This document shows positions 50,304 to 58,877 of a DNA stretch of 64,000 nt, piece after piece. A program made the translations under genes and the position numbers. Source of the stretch: Tubulanus polymorphus (taxonomy: Eukaryota > Animalia > Nemertea); the NCBI RefSeq assembly GCF_964204645.1, contig NC_134033.1:6534231-6598230 (forward strand), given 5' to 3'. The notes below the pieces were generated by a model. That model did no database searches. It was not told the DNA's origin and was given only the letters and a program-made list of their open reading frames with translations. The first letter of the stretch is position 1. Each line of letters begins with the position of its first letter.

Positions 50304-50738
50304 ATGGAAGATAAAGTTGATAGTATTGATATTATTCCTCATGATATAAATAAAACTAAATTAAAAACATATTTAGAAAAACAAATATTAGAATTTGAAA
50401 GTGACTTAAAGATAAAAAAGAAAAAATATTTAAAAAGTAAAATTATATATTATCTTATTATTAGTGGTTCGGTTACAATTAGTTCTGTAATAACATTTCT
50501 AGCAATATTCAGTCCATTAACACCTTTAGCTATATCAATTGGTGTATTAGGATTAAGTTCAAGTGTTTTAACCGGTATAAGTTCAAAATTAAATATAAAA
50601 AGTAATAAAGAAAAAATCAAAACTAATATAAAAGAAATTAATAAATTAAAGAACACACTAGATTATATAATAAGTTTAAATGGTCATATAACAGTTGAAG
50701 AACAAGATAAATTATTAAAAGAATTAATAAATTATTAA
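50304..50738 (+). CDS. 144-aa protein with two predicted TM helices flanked by coiled coils
   Basis: TAAATG start; hydrophobic stretch IIYYLIISG...LTGISS. Confidence 0.78.
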   Translation: MEDKVDSIDIIPHDINKTKLKTYLEKQILEFESDLKIKKKKYLKSKIIYYLIISGSVTISSVITFLAIFSPLTPLAISIGVLGLSSSVLTGISSKLNIKSNKEKIKTNIKEINKLKNTLDYIISLNGHITVEEQDKLLKELINY

Positions 50739-50754
50739 TTTTTTAATTATATAA

Positions 50755-52170
50755 ATGGTAGATAGTTTTCCAAAAGCTTTCCAATATAATAAATCAATTA
50801 AATATAATATTCCAGCAATAGATTTTAATAAAGATATTACATATAGAAATGAAGTTTTAGATTCATTAACTAATTTAGAAATTTATGTTACTGAAACTAA
50901 TAATTTTAATGCAAAGATGGAAAATATATTTCATGTATATTTAATTAATTTTAAAAAATTGAAAGATGAAAAACAATGGTTATTAAAATCTAATATGAAG
51001 TATTGGCAGAACCAATTAAATTTTGCTGTTTATTGTGCAACAACAGGATGTGGAATTAGTTGGAATGATCATTTGAATAATTCTAAATATAAACTAATTC
51101 AAAGTTTATTTAGATTTCATACATACTTTCAAATCAGAATAATATTAAATGAATTAGAGTGCGCTTTACCAGGATCTAGGTATTTTAAAGAATTAGATAA
51201 TAATATTAATTTATCAAAGTTTTATAAAATTTGTAATGAATTTAATATAGATATAAATAATTCTGATTTTAGAATAAAAATTGGAACAATAAGATCACTT
51301 CCTTGCCCTAGAAAGATTGCAGAATATTGTGCACTTCCCATACCATCTAATAGTTTTTATAATATCTATAATAAAAAATTAGGTTATGGTAAAATAGAAA
51401 CAAAGGATTTAGAAACATTAAATTTCAATAAATTACCGAAATTTTATGATAATTTAAAACAAGAAAACAATAATGGTTGGGTTTATTTTATTTTAGAAAA
51501 TAGTGAAGGTTTTACAAAATCAGGTATAGAAAGAATAAATCAATCTATTAGAACTTATTTAATATGTATTCTAGGATCACAAGTTGAAACAAGATCCCCG
51601 ATAATTGGAAATTTGAATACATCATTCGATACACAAAAACAGTTTAAAGTTTTATTTGAAGATTCAATTCATAATGATAAAAATAGATCGATTCCAGAAA
51701 ACGTTATAAGATATCAAAATTATTTAGATAAATCTCATGTAAGACTAAATTATTGTATAGGCCCTAATCTATTAATTATTTCTAATGATTTAGTATTAAA
51801 GATGGGAAATATAATTGGTTATAATAATCTAATTAAAACTGCAACAATAAATAATTCATTTGGGTTAAATGATATAAATAAAAAGATTATTACTGCTCCA
51901 AAATTAATAGAAGGTGAAAAAAATAAAAAACACATTCAATCAACAGAAACTAAAACTAAGAATATTAAATTGGTTAATGATTCCAAAATAAAAGATTACA
52001 ATACATCAGAAAATGGTGCCGTACGGCACCCACACGGTGATAATAGAACTGATATTATTCAACATGATATAATTAAACAATATGATGATAATAAATCCCA
52101 TGAAAATACTAAATTAGCTATAACTTGTATAGGAATTGTAATCGGAGGAATATTATATTTTAAATTTTAA
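50755..52170 (+). CDS. 471-aa Polinton protein with C-terminal membrane anchor, function unknown
   Basis: Intact ORF, TAAATG start, C-terminal LAITCIGIVIGGILYF; conserved in copy C. Confidence 0.85.
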   Translation: MVDSFPKAFQYNKSIKYNIPAIDFNKDITYRNEVLDSLTNLEIYVTETNNFNAKMENIFHVYLINFKKLKDEKQWLLKSNMKYWQNQLNFAVYCATTGCGISWNDHLNNSKYKLIQSLFRFHTYFQIRIILNELECALPGSRYFKELDNNINLSKFYKICNEFNIDINNSDFRIKIGTIRSLPCPRKIAEYCALPIPSNSFYNIYNKKLGYGKIETKDLETLNFNKLPKFYDNLKQENNNGWVYFILENSEGFTKSGIERINQSIRTYLICILGSQVETRSPIIGNLNTSFDTQKQFKVLFEDSIHNDKNRSIPENVIRYQNYLDKSHVRLNYCIGPNLLIISNDLVLKMGNIIGYNNLIKTATINNSFGLNDINKKIITAPKLIEGEKNKKHIQSTETKTKNIKLVNDSKIKDYNTSENGAVRHPHGDNRTDIIQHDIIKQYDDNKSHENTKLAITCIGIVIGGILYFKF

Positions 52171-52186
52171 TTTTTTTATTATGTAA

Positions 52187-53647
52187 ATGGATGTAGAAGG
52201 TGGAGAAGATTATGAAATGGGAGAAATGGGAAATGATAATGAAGGATATATTGATGATGATTATAATGATGCAGAAACTAATATTGATAATGATGATGAA
52301 TCAGCATATAATTCTAATTTAGCAGATAGTGGTTCTAAAGGTCAATCAACAGATGAATTTGATAGAAGAACTAGATCGAGAATAAATCCTGAAAATGAAA
52401 ATCCAGATTTAGTAAAACAAAATTTAGAATATAATGAATATATTTATAATTTCAAACCTATATTTGAAAAATCTGGATATAATATCAATGCTAGAGGCGC
52501 CAGACTTTTAGTACAAGAATTAAAATCTTTAGATGGTGAATATTATTATCATTTGAAAGATGATTATTATATTGATATCTCTTATAAAAAACAAAACAAA
52601 ATATTAGCAGAATCAACTTTGCTTAAGTTAGACCTATCTAGAATTAAAAGAATAAGAAATAGTAATGAACCAGAAGATGTAACACAAGAAGAAATTATTA
52701 AAAATGAAAGAGTATTTAAACAAAGAATTAATGAATTATTTGAAACAATCGATAATAATTTAGAACCAGAAACAAGTTCTCAACAGAATATAACTTCCAA
52801 AACTAGTAAACTTAAATCAAATAAAGTTCCAATTGAAAAACTTTTACCGAATGGGTTACTTGATGCAACAGATCAAGAATTAGAAGATTTAGATATATTT
52901 TCTGATAAAGCAATTAGAGAAATTATTAGTATAAGACTTGCATCTGATAAAATTGCGCATGATAAAAGTATAAGAGATTTTAAGATTAGAACTTTAGAAA
53001 AAGAATTAACTGATAAAAATAAAGAAATAGAACAATTAAAATTAGATAGAGATAATAAAGTAATTGAAGAAATTGAATTTAAAAAAAGAAATGCATATTT
53101 AGAAAAAGAAATTGATGATTTAGAATATAACATAGAATTACAAAAAGAAGAAATTAAATCATTATTTAAATCATATGATTATAATATTGATAGATTAAAA
53201 GATGTTTTTAAAAGATATCTAATAAAACCAGATTCTAGAATATCATTAAAAGATAGAATAAAATTGTTATTTAAATTAGAAGGAATAACAATTCTTTCAA
53301 TTCTAACAGGTGTAACTATGTTATTTACAACAATAGGTTTAGCTATATCAAATGCTTTGAAATCTACTCCTACTCCCAATAAACCAGATAAACCCCCGAA
53401 TGATAATAATTCTATACAAGATAAAGTTAAAGATGGTTTAAAGAAATTAGCAAAATATTTATGGGAACTATCAAAGAAATCTGCTGCAGCACTACCAGGA
53501 GTTATTGCATCAATTGTTGGTTTTGTTTTAAAATCTGCAGGAAACATTATTAACTTTGCTGCTGAACATATTATTTTATTTTTAATTACAGTTGTAAGTG
53601 CTATTATTTTTGGGTTAGTAAATATGATATCAAAAAATATCAAGTAA
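52187..53647 (+). CDS. 486-aa acidic/coiled-coil protein with C-terminal hydrophobic helices
   Basis: Intact ORF, TAAATG start; C-terminal third conserved in copy C. Confidence 0.85.
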   Translation: MDVEGGEDYEMGEMGNDNEGYIDDDYNDAETNIDNDDESAYNSNLADSGSKGQSTDEFDRRTRSRINPENENPDLVKQNLEYNEYIYNFKPIFEKSGYNINARGARLLVQELKSLDGEYYYHLKDDYYIDISYKKQNKILAESTLLKLDLSRIKRIRNSNEPEDVTQEEIIKNERVFKQRINELFETIDNNLEPETSSQQNITSKTSKLKSNKVPIEKLLPNGLLDATDQELEDLDIFSDKAIREIISIRLASDKIAHDKSIRDFKIRTLEKELTDKNKEIEQLKLDRDNKVIEEIEFKKRNAYLEKEIDDLEYNIELQKEEIKSLFKSYDYNIDRLKDVFKRYLIKPDSRISLKDRIKLLFKLEGITILSILTGVTMLFTTIGLAISNALKSTPTPNKPDKPPNDNNSIQDKVKDGLKKLAKYLWELSKKSAAALPGVIASIVGFVLKSAGNIINFAAEHIILFLITVVSAIIFGLVNMISKNIK

Positions 53648-53688
53648 ACCATGATTAAAAATAAATAATTAATTTTTTTGTTAAATAA

Positions 53689-54936
53689 ATGAGTGGGAGT
53701 TATATAAGTCCTTCTAAGATTTCTAGAATATCTAATGCTATTAAAGCAGAAAGATTACATCATATAATTACTCATAACCCTTCAAATATTAATCCCGATG
53801 AAACTTTATACGTTAGAATTCCGAGATTAACACAAAATACTTTTTATGTTCCAAATAGTATTTATTTATCAGCTGATATAAAAGTAATCGGTAATAATAA
53901 TAATTATGTTGTTGATAATGTTGGAAGATATTTGATTAAAAAGTTAACAATAAAGATTGGTCCAGAAACAGTTTTCTCATTAGATGATTATAATTTATTT
54001 ATGCATTATAAAGATTTATGGTTAACTAAAGAAAATAGAAATAATATGATATTTCAAGGAATCCAATCAGAAAACCAAAATAAATTAAGATCAGAAGCTA
54101 ATAGCGCAATATTAACAAATGATGTAGATAAATTGATAAAAAGTATATATGGAAGCAAATATAAAATTCCATTAGACTTTGAATTGATAAATAATAATGC
54201 ACCTTTATATAAATACGCAATTCAAGAAGATATTATATTTGAGATAACATTTGCTCCTGTAAATGAAATTGTAATATCTAGCGTTAATAAAGATATGAGT
54301 TATAAATTATCGAATATATGTTTAGAATATGATACAGTAACTGATGAAAATATTGCTAGAACAATTCAAACTCAATACAATCAAGGATTTTCATTATTAT
54401 ATGATTATATTGATAAATTTAAAACTGTAACTATTAATGCAAATGATGAAATAATTAATGAGAATATTAACTTCCCTAGAAGATCTATTAAAGGTATATT
54501 AATATTTCTTACCATTGGAACGTATACTAATGGCGCAATAAATGTTGATAATTATTATAATCCTGAAATAACAAAAGTAGAAATAACTATCGAAGGTATA
54601 GCGAATAAAATATTTTGTCAAGGAATGAGAATGATAGATCAATGGGTAGAAATTAAAAAACATTTTATGAATGAAAAAGTAAAATCATTTGAAAATTGTA
54701 ACATTAATCAAATTGATTATTATACCGGTAATAAATATGCATTATGGTTAGATTTTAGAACAACTGAAGATAATTCATTACATGGTTCTGGGAAAAAATT
54801 ACAAAATACAAAAGATGGGATCCAATTATTTATGACAAAGAAAAAGGGAATCAAAAATTTTAAAATGCATATTTATATTATATCTGACGCACAATTAAAT
54901 ATTGTAAATTCACAATTAGATATTATTCAATATTAG
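53689..54936 (+). CDS. Major capsid protein (putative double jelly-roll)
   Basis: 415-aa intact ORF beside integrase and ATPase; beta-strand pattern (LYVRIPRL, YKIPLDF, IIFEITFAP, LSNICLEYD, LWLDFR); size and position fit a Polinton MCP. Confidence 0.8.
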   Translation: MSGSYISPSKISRISNAIKAERLHHIITHNPSNINPDETLYVRIPRLTQNTFYVPNSIYLSADIKVIGNNNNYVVDNVGRYLIKKLTIKIGPETVFSLDDYNLFMHYKDLWLTKENRNNMIFQGIQSENQNKLRSEANSAILTNDVDKLIKSIYGSKYKIPLDFELINNNAPLYKYAIQEDIIFEITFAPVNEIVISSVNKDMSYKLSNICLEYDTVTDENIARTIQTQYNQGFSLLYDYIDKFKTVTINANDEIINENINFPRRSIKGILIFLTIGTYTNGAINVDNYYNPEITKVEITIEGIANKIFCQGMRMIDQWVEIKKHFMNEKVKSFENCNINQIDYYTGNKYALWLDFRTTEDNSLHGSGKKLQNTKDGIQLFMTKKKGIKNFKMHIYIISDAQLNIVNSQLDIIQY

Positions 54937-54966
54937 AAATATAAAGTTAAAATTAAGGATATATAA

Positions 54967-56094
54967 ATGAGTGGTAAAAAAACTCCTAATACTAAAGAAC
55001 AATATTTAAGAAATTTATATTACAACCCTGAGAGTTCGGTTGCTTATTCTTCTACTAAAAATATATGGCGTAAAGTAAAACAAGATAAATTAGATAAGAT
55101 AATCTCACAAAATTTAGTTAAATATAAAGATATAAATGAATTTATGTTAGAACAACCAACATATACAACACATAAAAAAATTGTTAGAAAATATAAAACT
55201 CGTAAAACTATGGTAAGTTATGTAGATCAACAGTGGCAAGGAGATTTAATTGATATGAAAAATGTTAAGAAAGATAATGATGATTATTGGTGGTTATTGA
55301 ATATAATTGATATTTTTAGTCGTTATGTATGGAGTTTCCCACTTTATAGAAAAGATGCTGCACAAACATCACATGTTTTAAGAAAATTTCTTTCGGATGA
55401 TAAACTAAAACCAGAAAAAATACAATTTGATGATGGAAAAGAGTTTGATAATTCACTTGTTCATGAACTCTTAGATAATCATAATATTAAATATTTTTCA
55501 ACAAAATCAGATAAAAAAGCAGCAGTTGTTGAACGATTTAATAGAACATTAAGAACAAGAATGTGGAAATATTTTACAGCAAATAATACTTTTAAATGGA
55601 TTGTTGTTTTACCAAAATTGATAGAAGGATATAATAATTCTTATCATTCTTCTATTGGAATGAAACCTATTGATGCTAGAAAACCTGAAAATGCTGAAAT
55701 TGTTTGGAATAATTTATATGGAGCATTTCTTGTAGATGATTTTGGTGAACCTAAATTTAAAGTTGGTCAAAATGTTAGAATTTCTAAGTATAAAAAGATA
55801 TTTGATAAAGGATACGATCGAAATTTTACTAGAGAAATATATAAAATAAAAAAGGTAATAACAACAAAACCATATGTCTATAAATTAGAAGATTTAGATG
55901 GTGAAGAAGTTGATGGCTACTTTTATGAAGAAGAATTAAGTTTAACTACTGAAAATCTAAAACAAGAATATAAAATTGAAAAAGTATTAAAAACAAAAAC
56001 TGTTAAAAGAAAAAAATATTCTTTAGTAAAATGGGTTGGATGGCCAGATAAATTCAATGAATGGATATTATCAAGTAAAATTAAAAATATATAA
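54967..56094 (+). CDS. Retroviral-like (rve) DDE integrase with C-terminal chromodomain
   Basis: WQGDLIDM, IDIFSRY, IQFDDGKEF, VERFNRT, YNNSYHSSIGMKP; chromodomain YKIEKVL...LVKWVGWPDKFNEWI. Confidence 0.95.
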   Translation: MSGKKTPNTKEQYLRNLYYNPESSVAYSSTKNIWRKVKQDKLDKIISQNLVKYKDINEFMLEQPTYTTHKKIVRKYKTRKTMVSYVDQQWQGDLIDMKNVKKDNDDYWWLLNIIDIFSRYVWSFPLYRKDAAQTSHVLRKFLSDDKLKPEKIQFDDGKEFDNSLVHELLDNHNIKYFSTKSDKKAAVVERFNRTLRTRMWKYFTANNTFKWIVVLPKLIEGYNNSYHSSIGMKPIDARKPENAEIVWNNLYGAFLVDDFGEPKFKVGQNVRISKYKKIFDKGYDRNFTREIYKIKKVITTKPYVYKLEDLDGEEVDGYFYEEELSLTTENLKQEYKIEKVLKTKTVKRKKYSLVKWVGWPDKFNEWILSSKIKNI

Positions 56095-56703
56095 ATGAAT
56101 AAGGAATTATTCATATTTGAGCCTCATAATATGTTAATTTCTGGTGTAACAAATTGTGGAAAAACTTATTTTATATTACATTTATTAGAAACTGTTTATG
56201 AAAACTATTTTGATAATATAGTATTATTTTGTCCAACATATGAATTTAATCAAACTTATGATAAAAATATTACTAGGAATAATAAATTTATTATATTAGA
56301 TCCTAAAACAGTAAAAGAAAATTTAGATAATTGTATAAAAATAGCAATTGATATTTATAAAGGATCAAATACATTATTTATCATAGATGATTGTGCTAAT
56401 CTACATGATTCAAAAGTTAGAGAAAGTGAGTTATGTTATTTAGCTTTTTCTGGTAGACATTTTGGGATAACAACTTGGGTTTTAAATCAAAAATATAATT
56501 CAATTGTTAAAGATTTTAGAGAAAACATTAGATTTCTAGTTTTATTCTACAATAAAGATAGAAAATCGATGAAAAATGCACTTGAGGAAAATGATATTAT
56601 TCCACATGATTTACATAATGAATATATGGATAAGTTGAAAAATATTAAAAGATCAAAATTACTATTTAGATTACAACACCCATTTAAATATGAATTTATT
56701 TAA
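56095..56703 (+). CDS. A32/FtsK-type DNA packaging ATPase
   Basis: Walker A GVTNCGKT, Walker B FIIDD, GRH motif, Q sensor (VLNQ), FREN. Confidence 0.93.
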   Translation: MNKELFIFEPHNMLISGVTNCGKTYFILHLLETVYENYFDNIVLFCPTYEFNQTYDKNITRNNKFIILDPKTVKENLDNCIKIAIDIYKGSNTLFIIDDCANLHDSKVRESELCYLAFSGRHFGITTWVLNQKYNSIVKDFRENIRFLVLFYNKDRKSMKNALEENDIIPHDLHNEYMDKLKNIKRSKLLFRLQHPFKYEFI

Positions 56704-57062
56704 ATTCAATTAGTTTGTTAATCTAGTTGAATTCTAGTTATTGGTAGTTGTAACAAAAATCAAATAGATTTAACAATATTTTAACTAGCTTGTTAATCTA
56801 TTTTAATTCTAGTTGAATTCTAGTTGTTAGTAGTTGAAACAAAAATCAACTAGATTTAACAAGAAATAAACAAAAACAACAATATTTCAACTAGCTTGTT
56901 AATCTAGTTACATTCTAGTTACATTCTAATTGAATTCTAGTTGTTAGTAGTTGAAACAAAAATCAACTAGATTTAACAAGAAATAAACAAAAACAACAAT
57001 ATTTCAACTAACTTGTTAATCTAGTTGAATTCTAGTTACATTATAGTTAAATTCTAGTTGCA
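56704..57062. repeat. Non-coding repeat block inside the Polinton (CTAGTT/AACTAG motifs, 117-bp duplication)
   Basis: Duplicated unit at 56818 and 56935 plus a degenerate upstream copy. Confidence 0.8.
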
Positions 57063-57093
57063 ACATCACACAATTAATTTTTTTGTTATATAA

Positions 57094-57680
57094 ATGGTAG
57101 GTGAAAAGAAAATAAAATCTAAAAATGGTGATGTTCCAATTGAAAAAACTTTAGATGATTTAGGAATAACAGAAACAAAATTAATTCCAGATGATGGTGC
57201 TTTAAATAATGTTACAACAAATAATAATTATGAATATTATCTTTATTGCAAACATCAATTAGAAATATTAATAGCATCTGGAAAATGTAAAAATTTTGTT
57301 AGTAAAAATTTAACTTATAATGAATTAGACACAATGAAATCAGATGAAATTATTAGATTATTTAAGATTTATGAAGCCGCGAGAACAGCTAGAATTAATG
57401 ACGCGATATCAGAAAATGTAGTAAAAGGTTATAGTAAATTATGTAATTATATACTACCAATTGAAGATGAAAATAGATTATATTCCGATTTAAAAAATGA
57501 TTATTTATGACTGAATTAAATAAATGGATTGGATATTTATCATTTCAATTAGGTGGATTTATGACATTATTATCAACTGGAGTTATAACATTTTCAAATA
57601 TTGAAAGTAAAAATATTTCTATAATAAATGAGCGAGGTGAAAGAAGTGAAGAAAAAACCGAGAACTCAGAAACAAATTGA
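57094..57680 (+). pseudogene. Polinton protein with hydrophobic C-terminal region, frameshift near 57505
   Basis: ORF 57094-57510 appears to continue in a shifted frame as TELNKWIGYLSFQLGGFMTLLSTGVITFSNI to TGA at 57678-57680. Confidence 0.62.
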
Positions 57681-57981
57681 ATGGTCTCGGCAATTAGGAA
57701 TTAAATCACAAGAATATAAAAAAGCTGTAAAAGAAAAAATAAGTAATAAAAATGTTAATAAAAATGGTGAAAATATTGTTATTTCTACTCCTTCTGATAG
57801 TAGAATATTTGATAAATATTTATATTTTACAGTTGGATTTGTAATTGTATTCATTTTGATTGGGTGTAATTGGTATAAGAAATCAAATAAAATTCATGAT
57901 ATTAGTAATTCTGAACCAACTGCTATCAAAAATGAAAGTACTTCTGAAATTCCAAAATTGACAATAAAAAAAATGGATTAA
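57628..57981 (+). CDS. 117-aa basic protein with a single TM helix
   Basis: TAAATG start; Lys-rich N-terminus; YLYFTVGFVIVFILIGC segment. Confidence 0.75.
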   Translation: MSEVKEVKKKPRTQKQIEWSRQLGIKSQEYKKAVKEKISNKNVNKNGENIVISTPSDSRIFDKYLYFTVGFVIVFILIGCNWYKKSNKIHDISNSEPTAIKNESTSEIPKLTIKKMD

Positions 57982-58018
57982 TATTTTAGAAAAAAAGCAA
58001 AAAAAATAATTGAATATC

Positions 58019-58711
58019 TCACTGCGGAGCAATTAAATTGTCTAGATAAGTCATTTCGGATTCCTCAACGTATCGTTCATTATTTGGATTATTGTTCCAT
58101 TGATCAATAAATTTCTTTGCCTTTGTTAACTGTTCTGAATATAACTGTAAATTTAGTTTATTAGATTTAATTATATTTTCTTTCTTTTCTAAAGGCCTTA
58201 AATTTCTCCAGTTCCAGATTTTCTTCTTATCATATTCATCATTCATATCAAATTTAGAAATCGGCAACACGTGATCAATATGAAAGTATTCACCATAATT
58301 ATCTATATTCATTTTATCATCGAATTGATATATTATCCATGATTTTAAGAATTCATCTGAACAACCCAATAGATTAGATAGTGTTTCTGAATGTGTTTCT
58401 TTGTTGAATAATTGTGTTAATCTAGACCGTAAACATTGTTTCAATCTAAAATTAAGATCTGTTTGATATCTTTCTCTCATATATTTTGTCATATAATCAT
58501 TATAAGATTCTCTATTATCTTCTCGGTATTGTTTGGTATATAGTTTAAAACAAGTTTTACAGCAATTTTGAAAACCATCTTTGCTAATCTTACGCTTACT
58601 AAATTCTGTAAATGATTTATCTAATTCACATTTAGAACACTTCTTGTAGTATATGTTTATAACACCAATGTTATTTGTAATATTAACAATTTGTGGTTGT
58701 TCTGATTCCAT
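58019..58711 (-). CDS. HNH endonuclease with N-terminal CxxC...CxxC Zn ribbon
   Basis: CSKC...CKTC; HIDHVLP...NLRPL...N..KSNK; start codon lies inside the right TIR. Confidence 0.85.
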   Translation of the reverse strand: MESEQPQIVNITNNIGVINIYYKKCSKCELDKSFTEFSKRKISKDGFQNCCKTCFKLYTKQYREDNRESYNDYMTKYMRERYQTDLNFRLKQCLRSRLTQLFNKETHSETLSNLLGCSDEFLKSWIIYQFDDKMNIDNYGEYFHIDHVLPISKFDMNDEYDKKKIWNWRNLRPLEKKENIIKSNKLNLQLYSEQLTKAKKFIDQWNNNPNNERYVEESEMTYLDNLIAPQ

Positions 58712-58796
58712 TTATTAGGAAAAAAAATTACTTGTGGTGATGAGTGGTGTCTCGACCGCACGACCTCTGGCCTGAAAACGCCATCTTCCAATTACT
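58708..58796 (-). repeat. Right TIR (89 bp), includes the HNH gene start codon
   Basis: Exact reverse complement of 41960-42048. Confidence 0.97.
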
Positions 58797-58877
58797 GAAG
58801 TTTCCAGTACCTAGGCGCAATTTTGAGGCGGTCCCTCGAGGTCCCCATTGTTGCGATAATTTGCGCTCATTTTTAAA

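Larger units (their letters stand above)
41960..58796 (+). mobile_element. Full-length Polinton/Maverick-like endogenous virus (copy A), 16,837 bp
   Basis: Identical 89-bp TIRs starting AGT; 6-bp TSD GAAGTT (41954-41959, 58797-58802); encodes pPolB, rve integrase, A32 ATPase and capsid-like proteins. The uninterrupted target AATAAAGAAGTTTCCAG is preserved as the opposite palindrome arm at 60866-60882. Confidence 0.97.

Noticed and set aside
52873-53652. Minus-strand ORFs overlapping the 486-aa gene (and similar ones at 50450, 55923, 57666)
   Set aside because: Antisense shadows without TAAATG starts or recognisable motifs.
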